From a virus (lineage: Duplodnaviria > Caudoviricetes): a stretch of 36,455 nt of DNA. Shown here piece after piece: positions 1-7,986 of this stretch (positions are counted from its first letter, which is position 1; each line of letters starts with the position of its first letter). The stretch covers positions 1 to 36,455 of IMG/VR virus record IMGVR_UViG_3300044987_001206; one strand, 5' to 3'. The notes under the pieces are model-generated. The model saw nothing but the letters and a program-made list of their open reading frames with translations. It made no database searches and was not told the origin of the DNA. The position numbers were made by a program, and so were the translations under genes.

Positions 1-176
1 CAGCCTTGCAACACCAAGTTGTTCTTTAGCTAAAGGATCTGCGAGCTTGGATAAAGCAAGAGCTGTTTGCTTGGTGATATCAACATCACCAATGCCTGTA
101 AAATCGTATGTTCTTTTGGCACCTTCTGGACCGTATTTAATTTCAGTGCCAGATCTAGCGGCTTGTTCTAATGCAC
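1..176. repeat. Terminal direct repeat (assembly overlap) with 36280-36455
   Basis: 1-176 aligns to 36280-36455 with 4 mismatches (positions 14, 43, 46, 49); 50-176 (127 bp) is identical. Confidence 0.97.
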
Positions 177-372
177 GAATGAAAGGATATTGCTCGGCCT
201 GAGCTTTTATCGCTTCGGCAGTAGAGGCAGCAAGGTCCGGCGGTTTGTAACTTGGGCCGCACATTTGCGGCTGACCCCAAGGAATGCAGGAGTAATCTTT
301 AGCCCAGTCATCTTTGGCAAACAGCATTACGCTGTGAGCTAGAACCCTTGATGTATTAAAATCTATATTCAT
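1..372 (-). CDS. N-terminal part of DNA ejection/pilot protein (continues across the circular junction into 36279-35218)
   Basis: ATG at 372 overlaps the TGA of the upstream gene (ATGA). The frame MNIDFNTSRV...QMCGPSYKPPDLAAS... is open to position 1 and in frame with ORF 35218..36126. Confidence 0.85.
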   Translation of the reverse strand, partial: MNIDFNTSRVLAHSVMLFAKDDWAKDYSCIPWGQPQMCGPSYKPPDLAASTAEAIKAQAEQYPFIRALEQAARSGTEIKYGPEGAKRTYDFTGIGDVDITKQTALALSKLADPLAKEQLGVARL

Positions 373-731
373 ACTCCTCCTTCAAAAATCTCGGTTTTCC
401 AAATGGGATTATATCCAAACTTCTTCATATATGAGTTGTATGGACTATTCTCATTGCAAGCTATGAAATACTTAGGAAAACCTTTTGTCTCCATAATAGA
501 GTCATATACACGTTTAAGGTGCATACTGTCTCTGGCAGACACTTTTTCGGTGTGATTCCAAAGAAGCAGGACAGGCACCCTTCCAAAAGATGACGCACCA
601 ATGATCTCGCCATCTCTTTCAACCACATGGGTTGGGTGAATGATCGAGTCGTTGTTTGCCCGCGCAGCTTGAAGAGCTTGAGACTCTTGCTCAAGCGTTT
701 GTATCATTCGTACTCTCGGGAAGGCGTTCAT
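369..731 (-). CDS. Small virion assembly protein, GNAT-fold-like (position of P22 gp14 / T7 gp13)
   Basis: 120 aa between nozzle and ejection genes; 'VVERDGEIIGA' and 'N..S...MKKFGY' are GNAT-like features. Confidence 0.55.
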   Translation of the reverse strand: MNAFPRVRMIQTLEQESQALQAARANNDSIIHPTHVVERDGEIIGASSFGRVPVLLLWNHTEKVSARDSMHLKRVYDSIMETKGFPKYFIACNENSPYNSYMKKFGYNPIWKTEIFEGGV

Positions 732-2686
732 TGTTGGGGTCTGACCGAATCGACGAATCCGGAGAGAATGGTGGATTGTAGAGACAAGCGACCAGCGTCT
801 GCGGTTACCTTGAATTGCAAAGTATTCCAGCGGCCTTGGCTTATCAGGTTGTAAGCCTTCAGGAACTTCTGGCTTGAGGTGATCGCCAGCGCGGAATCGA
901 GCGTAACGAATGTGTCCGACATATCTTTGGCCAACGACACTGCGGCGGTCGTGGTGGCGGTAGTGTACGGGTTATCGAAGGCGAACTGAACGCTGTACCC
1001 GATCTTGTCGGGAATGGGTTCGTTGAGGTTGTAAGCCTTAGTTATAACCGTGGATTCGTAATTCGCACCGCCATCGGTGTACGCGGAGCTTGAGACCGGC
1101 GACAACCGGCTGTTTGGGAGGTAATCGTTGAATGACCAGACCTGGCCCGCTCCCGCTGATACCGAGACGATATCGCCGGCAAACATGAGGACGGGTCCAA
1201 ATGTTGAGAATGAGGTTGGAATGAAGTCGTTTACGATCCAGTTGTCCCAATAACCAAGCCAAGAGCGGGCCAGTGAGTGGTAGACGATGACCGCGTTGTT
1301 CTCGTTGAGCGCACCTTCGAGGGCGATATTGAGGCTGTTCTCGGTCAGGAGCGCGTACTCGGTTTCGATTCCGAGGATCGCTGGTTCCTCGGCAACGAAC
1401 GGAACAGCCAACAGATAGCGGTTGTTCCAGAATACACCGTCGCAGAGATCGAGCTTGGTCTTGTCGATGCGACTGATGAGGTCGTTGATCGGGCTGGAGA
1501 GCGCGAGACCTACGCTAGTCTGGGTACCGGCTTGGATCTGCTGGAGAGATCGGATGCCGTCGCGGGAGAAGAAGAATACGTCAGGACCAACCGCGGTAAT
1601 GGACCGGTGCGATGAGCAGCCGATATTGCCGCTGATGAGTGATATGGTCCAATCGGCAGCATCCTGCGTAGGATCGGCATTTACGCTCCAAATAGAGCGT
1701 TCCTTGAAGACGATGAGTTGATAACCAAACCAAGAGTAGAGTCCCTTGATGGGATCGCCATCGCCACCGATACGAAGAGACCCGAGAGGATCCCAGGATT
1801 CGCCATCGAGGATATCCGAGAAGTAGAGGGTATCGGGCTGGATGGATGTATCCGCGGAAACTGCGAACAACCGATTGGTATGGGTGGTGAGAAAGATCGG
1901 CTTGGCAGGAGGTGTGAGCGATACAAAAGCTACAGCGTGAGATTGATTTGCTGGCGAAACACTAACGGTTGGAGCGGTGACATAACCGCTGCCGGGATCG
2001 GTGATCGTTATGAATACGAGATTACCATCGTTGGCAACAACAGCGGTTGCCGTAGCCGTGATTCCGCTGGGAGGCGCGGAGATGGTTATTGTGGGGACAG
2101 AGTTATGATTCGATCCCTGCCTGATGATATCGATGCGGCTGATCTTGCCGGCTGTAGTGGAGCTGTTGAGGTTCGCGCTTGAGACGTACTTCAGCGTTCC
2201 TAAACCGTCCGAATAAAACAATTTGTCATTTAATTGCGCAAAATAGACGTAGGAAGCGGCAGCGTTGAGCGTTGATCCCGAAATCAGGTTGTAGGAAACG
2301 CCGGGTGACCCGTAGTAGAGGCTCTTGGTGGAGGTGCTAAGGTCATTAACAGCGATGACGAGGCGTTCGGATGCGGCTGTATCGAAGTAAAAGCCGGACA
2401 ATACCGTCGCGTTGATGGGAAGATTGCTGCCGAAGTTGGAAGTCGTTGACTCCCAGTTGGTGATGATGTCTTCCCAGTTGGCGGTGATGCTGTTGCCTGC
2501 CAGTGAAACAGCTCCTAGACGAGTGACGAGATTACCGAAGTCGTCATAATCCATGTTGATGGCCGATTCCATGCTGGTTGCAGGAATGCCATCGGGACGA
2601 GTGGCTGAAATTACGCCGGTCGAAAACCCAGTGCTTCCATCCAGAAGCATCTGGTCATCGAGAGCATCTGAGGATTGGAATGGCAT
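728..2686 (-). CDS. Tail nozzle / stabilization protein (P22 gp10 / tubular protein B-like beta-propeller)
   Basis: 652 aa, beta-rich; LYFSD..D..SW, LIVFKERSIW, IGCSS..SI and VFFFSRDGI motifs; follows the adaptor gene. Confidence 0.8.
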   Translation of the reverse strand: MPFQSSDALDDQMLLDGSTGFSTGVISATRPDGIPATSMESAINMDYDDFGNLVTRLGAVSLAGNSITANWEDIITNWESTTSNFGSNLPINATVLSGFYFDTAASERLVIAVNDLSTSTKSLYYGSPGVSYNLISGSTLNAAASYVYFAQLNDKLFYSDGLGTLKYVSSANLNSSTTAGKISRIDIIRQGSNHNSVPTITISAPPSGITATATAVVANDGNLVFITITDPGSGYVTAPTVSVSPANQSHAVAFVSLTPPAKPIFLTTHTNRLFAVSADTSIQPDTLYFSDILDGESWDPLGSLRIGGDGDPIKGLYSWFGYQLIVFKERSIWSVNADPTQDAADWTISLISGNIGCSSHRSITAVGPDVFFFSRDGIRSLQQIQAGTQTSVGLALSSPINDLISRIDKTKLDLCDGVFWNNRYLLAVPFVAEEPAILGIETEYALLTENSLNIALEGALNENNAVIVYHSLARSWLGYWDNWIVNDFIPTSFSTFGPVLMFAGDIVSVSAGAGQVWSFNDYLPNSRLSPVSSSAYTDGGANYESTVITKAYNLNEPIPDKIGYSVQFAFDNPYTTATTTAAVSLAKDMSDTFVTLDSALAITSSQKFLKAYNLISQGRWNTLQFKVTADAGRLSLQSTILSGFVDSVRPQQ

Positions 2687-2692
2687 GGCGGA

Positions 2693-3454
2693 TTACAGGA
2701 TGTCTTGGAACGTGTAATCGTACAAGCTATCTGGGATGATGCGGCTGATTTGCTGTTGTTGGCCGCGTTCCATGTCTTTCATGATGGAGACCTGAGCGGC
2801 TCCTTCTTGGAACTTGGCTTGGGCTTTACCGTACTGCCGGGAGTATTCGAGGAGATCGCCTTCAGTGTAGGCCATTAGAGCGTTCTCTACGCCTCGCAGC
2901 TCGAAGTTGGTATCGTTGGAGATGGTGACCGCCTCACCGAACTGCCGCATCTGCGACTGTTTCTTGGCGAGGATGAACAGGGTGCCATCGGCATTGGGCG
3001 TGGGAACGAGCTTGATGCGGGGAACGCCGGCCTCGCCATAAGCTCCACCGATCAATCGAGTCCAGTTAACGAAGTTGCCGGGGGTGGATTTACGGCTATC
3101 GACGTTGTTCCAGGTGTTGGGATCGAGCTGGAAGAACGAGACCCATTCCGCGGCGGGAACCTCGATGCCATCGGTATCTCCGGTGACCGTGAAGCGGATG
3201 GCTACGGGGAAATCGATGAAGGTGTTGTAACCGGTACCTGAAGCGTAAGCGGATGCGACGTAATCCGAGAGAGTGATCATCTCATCGCCGGCGGTGACCG
3301 GATGAGAGATAATGCCGAGGGTATCGTTCCACAGGCAGGAATCCCAGATCATCGAGTAGCGGCGGATACAGAACTTCTTGGCCAACGCGATGGTGGCCGA
3401 GTCTGTGAACGACAGCTTGTCGCAAGCCGCCTGAGCCGCTTCGGAGGGTTTCAT
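2693..3454 (-). CDS. Head-tail adaptor (tubular protein A-like)
   Basis: 253 aa; helical N- and C-termini, 'IKLVPTPNADGTL' motif; directly upstream of the nozzle. Confidence 0.7.
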   Translation of the reverse strand: MKPSEAAQAACDKLSFTDSATIALAKKFCIRRYSMIWDSCLWNDTLGIISHPVTAGDEMITLSDYVASAYASGTGYNTFIDFPVAIRFTVTGDTDGIEVPAAEWVSFFQLDPNTWNNVDSRKSTPGNFVNWTRLIGGAYGEAGVPRIKLVPTPNADGTLFILAKKQSQMRQFGEAVTISNDTNFELRGVENALMAYTEGDLLEYSRQYGKAQAKFQEGAAQVSIMKDMERGQQQQISRIIPDSLYDYTFQDIL

Positions 3455-4713
3455 GCGAAGTATTCTTGCAAGGTCATTGAGGAACTGACTCGGGCAGCGG
3501 AAGATGAGTTTACCCCTGCAACCACATCTGCATAGGTCTTGTTAACCCACATTGACGGGAACGTAGCACCAGTTGCATACAAATGGATCCTGTAAGTAAC
3601 AGCAGATGCAGATGCTGGTGAATCAAGAATCTGGATAAACTGATTACTAAAGAATTCAGAGCTATAAGAAGCACCAAGTCCAGTGAACGGAGCAATACCG
3701 TACAAGCTGGAACCAACATTGTTAGACCCAATCTCTACGTTGTTACGAGTAACTCTGAATGCTGCAAACTGAGGATTGTTTATGGTAGTATAGTTTATAG
3801 CTATAGAAACCAACACCGTTGAAGCTATAGACCTAGGAGTAATCGATGTGGTAAGCACTGTTACTTCAGTGCCAGATCCAGTACTTGTAGCAACGAACGG
3901 ACTTGCACCAGCGGTGGAGTCTTGATATAGAGTCTGTTTTACTTGAGGGGCAAAATATGTTCCGGCAACCACCTTAACCTTGCTGGAATCGCTTGCGTCA
4001 GTGATCAGCACCTTGTCGGTGGTAAAATCAACGACAACAGGGGTTAGGTTAGGAACCGTGATGTTGTCCGAGTTGAGGATCAACGTGTCGGTGCCGGCAT
4101 TGCCCAACGTGGTGTTTCCGTTGGCTGCAAGATCACCGGCTAGCGTGGTCGCACCGGTCACCCCGAGGGTCGTTCCTACAGTAGCCGCTCCCGTAACAAC
4201 AGCACTGGCCAACGTAGAGACTCCCGTGACTCCGAGGGTTGTCCCAACGGTAGCGGCTCCGGTCACGCCAACGCTTGCTAGTGTGCTTGCTCCGGTTACC
4301 CCGAGGGTGCCTGTAACAGCGGTGGCACCGGTCAGTGTGGAAGTTCCAGTGACCGCAAGGTTTCCTGGTACCGTGAGATTGCCGGTGAGCGTGGTTGCTC
4401 CGGTAACATTGAGCGCACCGCCTATGGTCGCTGCACCGCTCGTAGCGAGGCTTGAAAGGTTGGTAGCCCCGGTGACGGCCAAAGTACCCGCAATGGCCGT
4501 GTTGCCGCTTGCAGAGGCCACTGTGAGCTTGTTAGTGGCTACACTGAAGTCTCCGGTGGTATTGACTGCGGCGTTGGAGACTTGGAGTGCGGAGTCATTG
4601 CCACTGCCGTCGCTGATGGCTTTGAGCGATGCGCCTACGGTGGAGTTGTCGGAGTTCTTGAGTAGGCCAGTGTAGGTTGATGCAACGCTACTGCCTGTGA
4701 GTGGTGTTCCCAT
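3451..4713 (-). CDS. Tail fibre protein
   Basis: 420 aa; repeats of (V/L)TGA(A/S)T(V/L)G.TLGVTG typical of a trimeric beta fibre; distinct C-terminal beta domain. Confidence 0.75.
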   Translation of the reverse strand: MGTPLTGSSVASTYTGLLKNSDNSTVGASLKAISDGSGNDSALQVSNAAVNTTGDFSVATNKLTVASASGNTAIAGTLAVTGATNLSSLATSGAATIGGALNVTGATTLTGNLTVPGNLAVTGTSTLTGATAVTGTLGVTGASTLASVGVTGAATVGTTLGVTGVSTLASAVVTGAATVGTTLGVTGATTLAGDLAANGNTTLGNAGTDTLILNSDNITVPNLTPVVVDFTTDKVLITDASDSSKVKVVAGTYFAPQVKQTLYQDSTAGASPFVATSTGSGTEVTVLTTSITPRSIASTVLVSIAINYTTINNPQFAAFRVTRNNVEIGSNNVGSSLYGIAPFTGLGASYSSEFFSNQFIQILDSPASASAVTYRIHLYATGATFPSMWVNKTYADVVAGVNSSSAARVSSSMTLQEYFA

Positions 4714-4714
4714 A

Positions 4715-4921
4715 TCAGTTCTTCGGTAAAACGTACCAACCTGCCGGCAATACCACCTTAGATGGCCCCACCAGCTTCTTATCTTTGTCGAATCCGTAGA
4801 CGCTGGCCGTTGTAGGCTTGGCCAGCATCACCGGATCACCGCTTGGCACCAGGACTACCCTGGTCATCTGGCAACCCAGGCAGGTCAGCAATGCGGTCAG
4901 CCAGATCGTTCTTGAGATCAT
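4715..4921 (-). CDS. Lipoprotein, o-spanin (Rz1)-like
   Basis: MISRTIWLTALLTCLG-C lipobox-like signal, Pro-rich mature part, overlaps the upstream ORF in another frame. Confidence 0.6.
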   Translation of the reverse strand: MISRTIWLTALLTCLGCQMTRVVLVPSGDPVMLAKPTTASVYGFDKDKKLVGPSKVVLPAGWYVLPKN

Positions 4922-5009
4922 CGGGAGCTTTGCCGTGTTGAACATCGGTGGGTGGTGTTTCGCGGAGCCAGTCGAGCAGGGCCTTGAGGATCTGGTAGAT
5001 CCAGTTCAC
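4836..5009 (-). CDS. Small protein, i-spanin (Rz)-like position (absent from ORF track)
   Basis: GTG start overlapping upstream TGA (GTGA); MNWIYQILKALLDWLRETPP...GAKR, 57 aa; its 3' half overlaps the lipoprotein gene. Confidence 0.5.
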   Translation of the reverse strand: MNWIYQILKALLDWLRETPPTDVQHGKAPDDLKNDLADRIADLPGLPDDQGSPGAKR

Positions 5010-5197
5010 GGCTTAGGGGCTTCGGCTTCCTTGGCATCCTTGGCCCAGATCAAGCCAATGCCAGCGGTGACCGCGGCGATAGTGGTAGTCAGGTCGAGGT
5101 TGGTTGTCGGGTCACCGTCGAACAGGGCCTTGAGAGCCCCACCAACAGCAACGAGAATGGCACCGACACCGGCAAGAGTTGTTTTCGTGTTTTTCAT
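5006..5197 (-). CDS. Holin-like membrane protein (2 hydrophobic segments)
   Basis: MKNTKTTLAGVGAILVAVGG...AGIGLIWAKD; ATGA overlap at start; 63 aa. Confidence 0.65.
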   Translation of the reverse strand: MKNTKTTLAGVGAILVAVGGALKALFDGDPTTNLDLTTTIAAVTAGIGLIWAKDAKEAEAPKP

Positions 5198-5364
5198 TTG
5201 GATTTGAACAGCCTGTAGGCTCCGTAGATGGCGCAGGCTAAGCCAATGAGCGCGGTGATAAGCTGAACCCAGTCGGTAAGCCACGGAATAAACGAAACAG
5301 CGGTGGCACCTGCCGCTGCTGCTAGGCTGAGTCCAGGGCTGGTGCTGCTGTTCGTTGGTTCCAT
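5194..5364 (-). CDS. Holin/antiholin-like membrane protein (absent from ORF track)
   Basis: TAATG-coupled start; MEPTNSSTSPGLSLAAAAGATAVSFIPWLTDWVQLITALIGLACAIYGAYRLFKSK, 56 aa, basic C-terminus. Confidence 0.6.
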   Translation of the reverse strand: MEPTNSSTSPGLSLAAAAGATAVSFIPWLTDWVQLITALIGLACAIYGAYRLFKSK

Positions 5365-5624
5365 TACTCAGTAGGCTGGACGGCTTCAACCACCGGATTA
5401 GCCGCTTTGTAAGCCTCCACAACCGCCGGAGTCCACAGCGCATTGGCGATATTCACAACCTCGGTCGGCTGTCCTTCCAGCGAATCACCGGGATTCAGCG
5501 TATACTGCGAGGTAATCTCACTGCCAACAACCGCGCCATCGCTGTCGTAATCAATTCCAGTCGTGACGAACAGCGAGTTGTTCTGGTTTACCTGCACTGC
5601 GACAATATCAACTGGTACGATCAT
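5364..5624 (-). CDS. Fibre-associated small protein/chaperone (paralog 2)
   Basis: L.PGD.L.GQP..VV.IANA.WTPA motif shared with 5621-5872. Confidence 0.6.
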   Translation of the reverse strand: MIVPVDIVAVQVNQNNSLFVTTGIDYDSDGAVVGSEITSQYTLNPGDSLEGQPTEVVNIANALWTPAVVEAYKAANPVVEAVQPTE

Positions 5625-5872
5625 TGGATGGTGGGGCTAGGGGTTTGAGCGGCGGCGTAGGCTGCGACAGCGGCAGGAGTCCAGACAGCGTTGGCAATCG
5701 CGACAACCTGCTCGGGCTGACCAGCGAGGTCATCACCGGGATGCAAGCAGTAGCGGCGGAAGGTGGAGGCTTTGACAACCTCGCCATCGACGATCTGATC
5801 CGACAGGCGAACCTGAAGCGTTGTGTTGGGAAGAACCTCGCAAAGCGAGAAAATGGTGCGTTCTGTTAGCAT
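5621..5872 (-). CDS. Fibre-associated small protein/chaperone (paralog 1)
   Basis: Directly follows the fibre gene; motif shared with 5364-5624. Confidence 0.6.
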   Translation of the reverse strand: MLTERTIFSLCEVLPNTTLQVRLSDQIVDGEVVKASTFRRYCLHPGDDLAGQPEQVVAIANAVWTPAAVAAYAAAQTPSPTIQ

Positions 5873-5876
5873 AGGA

Positions 5877-6836
5877 TTAGGCGACTTGGTAGGTGGCTGT
5901 AGTTCTTAAAAACCTAGTTGTTCCAGCGTTATGTGTTACATCTCCAAAAATCGCATTTGAAATGCTGGAAGCGAAAGCTATAGACGAAGAACTTAATGAA
6001 ATCTCTCCAAATGGACTTCCTGTAAATGTTGCAATCGAATAAAAAGCAACAGGACAAGTTGCTAACAAATTTGAATTATTTGCAAATGGTAAACCAGCGA
6101 TTCCAATAGTACCGGAAGCTCCAGTTGTAATTACATTTTCAAACCCAATCACAACAGTTACAATGCGGCCAACCTTAGTGTAACGTCCGGTCGAAGTGAC
6201 AGCAATGGTTGGATTGGTAGTGGCACCAGTCAACGTAGCGGTAAACGTCCCCTCCTCGTAATCGTTCAGTAGCTCGGAGGTCATCGTTCCGCTGCCTTCG
6301 GTAGTCGCGGAGAAGTCGATGCCTTTGCCGGAAGTGCCAATAATCAGGTTGCCGTCTACGAGTTTGGTATGGAATCCAGATCGAGGAGTAATGTCGAGGT
6401 TGCCGCTTCCGTTGTATAGCAATGTTGCGCCTCCTGCTTGAGTGCTACCGAGCCTTAACGCAAAGTTGTCTGTGACACTAATCTCTCCGTTGACTGTCAG
6501 AACCGCAGTCGGACTGGCTGTGCCAATACCCACCCGATTATTCGTCGTGTCCACCTTCAACACGTCTGTATCCACCGTCAGGTTACCAGTCACTCCCAGC
6601 GTCGTCCCCACCGTAGCCGCGCCAGTGATGGTGGCGGAGCCAGCGGTGACGAGTCCGGCAACGGTCAATGCTCCACTCGCAGTTGGTGAAGACGAGAGGA
6701 TGTTGTTGATGCTGATCTTCTTCGTGGTGCCACTTGCCGCCATCGTGGTATCGCTGACATCAACGATAGGGATAACGTCATTAGCCGGATCAGCGGCGGT
6801 CAACGCCGTCAGTGCTGTGATCTTTGTGTCTGCCAT
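5877..6836 (-). CDS. Fibre protein (head or tail fibre)
   Basis: MADTKITALT N-terminus, NNRVGIGTASP repeat, DYEEGTFT and GRYTKVGRIV...GLPF C-terminal tip motifs. Confidence 0.8.
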   Translation of the reverse strand: MADTKITALTALTAADPANDVIPIVDVSDTTMAASGTTKKISINNILSSSPTASGALTVAGLVTAGSATITGAATVGTTLGVTGNLTVDTDVLKVDTTNNRVGIGTASPTAVLTVNGEISVTDNFALRLGSTQAGGATLLYNGSGNLDITPRSGFHTKLVDGNLIIGTSGKGIDFSATTEGSGTMTSELLNDYEEGTFTATLTGATTNPTIAVTSTGRYTKVGRIVTVVIGFENVITTGASGTIGIAGLPFANNSNLLATCPVAFYSIATFTGSPFGEISLSSSSIAFASSISNAIFGDVTHNAGTTRFLRTTATYQVA

Positions 6837-6837
6837 A

Positions 6838-7077
6838 TTATTCTACGGTTAAAATGAATTTGTCGGATGCTTCGGTTAAAATGAGATCGGTGCCCTGCTC
6901 AGTTGCCATTCGATCGTAGGTGCCAAAAGACAACACGATCTTCCCAGTTCCATCCTCTTGCAGTACGAAGAACTCGTCTTCCTGCAATAGATCCCGGCGC
7001 ACGATCGGCAGATCGGCGGGCGTGACGTTTCCGCCAGACCCACTTGAAGCCAATCGTGTTCCAAGAGCGAGTGTCAC
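6838..7077 (-). CDS. Acidic virion protein with LLQED/LILTE repeats (putative fibre anchor)
   Basis: GTG start at 7077; DLLQEDEFFVLQEDG...MATEQGTDLILTEASDKFIL. Confidence 0.55.
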   Translation of the reverse strand: MTLALGTRLASSGSGGNVTPADLPIVRRDLLQEDEFFVLQEDGTGKIVLSFGTYDRMATEQGTDLILTEASDKFILTVE

Positions 7078-7079
7078 GG

Positions 7080-7346
7080 TTAGGAGCTGATGATTCCGTT
7101 GAACGCGACCACCTGACCACTGGAAATCTGGAAGCTCGTGATCGGCCCAGGAAGCGTAATGCCAGCGGGGATAGCCACTGTGGACCAAGAGCCGCTGATT
7201 CCATTACCGGTGATCGAAGTGAAAGTGGTGACGGCAATCGTGGTGATCGCAACGAATGGGCCAGTGGTCAACGCGGTAGAGGTCACGAGCTGGAAGCCCG
7301 CATTGCCCATCGAATACTCGGTTGCCAGATTAGATTCTATGCTCAT
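7080..7346 (-). CDS. Small beta-rich virion protein (head decoration/spike base-like)
   Basis: ATGA-coupled start; 88 aa, T/S/G-rich; downstream of the capsid gene. Confidence 0.5.
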   Translation of the reverse strand: MSIESNLATEYSMGNAGFQLVTSTALTTGPFVAITTIAVTTFTSITGNGISGSWSTVAIPAGITLPGPITSFQISSGQVVAFNGIISS

Positions 7347-7597
7347 ATGTCCCAAATTTTACGGATCTGATTCTTGCTGAAAGTGCTTTCAAAGCGGGTA
7401 CCCTGCCGGTCTTCCATCCGGCTAAAGCCCTGCTTTACCTTGTCCTTGAGTTCGGCTTCGCGGGCAAAACCGGTAACCCCGAAGCGGGCTACCGGCTGCC
7501 TCGTCCAGCGTTCACCCTTGATAACAAGAGAATCGGTTCCCATTGGAGCGATTTGCTCCAAGGACTTGCCTTTGTTCTCGAAGGTGTAGATCGGCAT
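7343..7597 (-). CDS. FmdB-like small protein lacking Zn-binding cysteines
   Basis: MPIYTFE N-terminus resembles the MPxYxY start of FmdB-type phage proteins. Confidence 0.4.
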   Translation of the reverse strand: MPIYTFENKGKSLEQIAPMGTDSLVIKGERWTRQPVARFGVTGFAREAELKDKVKQGFSRMEDRQGTRFESTFSKNQIRKIWDI

Positions 7598-7598
7598 G

Positions 7599-7985
7599 TT
7601 AAGACTCCATCTCGCTGTCGTACTCGGAAACCATGTTTCGCATACCTTCTTCGTCCATTGGTTCCATTGATTCCTTGCCGGCCTTCTCGTATTCGGCGGG
7701 CATACCGTTCACGCTCTGGATCTCAACGTAAGCCTCACCATTTTCAAGCTTCTTGAGAATACCTCGAACTTCCTGTAGGACAACTTCATCACCAACCTCG
7801 GGGGAAGCCTGTTGGCCATCTTCCGTGTCAGTGGAAAGAGCCTCGACTGGAATCGCAATCATTGGCGCATTGTTGTCAGCCTCATCACATCCGCAAGCGG
7901 AATGAGAAGGGGCACCACCGATTTCTCGACGATGCCCCTTTGGGCCGACGGCAATCACCATGATGGTGGCCGTCTTGGGTCGCAT
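7599..7985 (-). CDS. Acidic hypothetical head-region protein
   Basis: 128 aa ORF starting 1 nt after the capsid stop. Confidence 0.6.
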   Translation of the reverse strand: MRPKTATIMVIAVGPKGHRREIGGAPSHSACGCDEADNNAPMIAIPVEALSTDTEDGQQASPEVGDEVVLQEVRGILKKLENGEAYVEIQSVNGMPAEYEKAGKESMEPMDEEGMRNMVSEYDSEMES

Positions 7986-7986
7986 A

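Noticed and set aside
3980-4675. 231-aa plus-strand V/P/T/A-repeat ORF
   Set aside because: Mirror of the repetitive fibre gene on the minus strand.
3451-6836. Diversity-generating retroelement or invertible fibre cassette
   Set aside because: No reverse transcriptase or invertase gene and no TR/VR nucleotide repeat seen; shared fibre repeats are protein-level.
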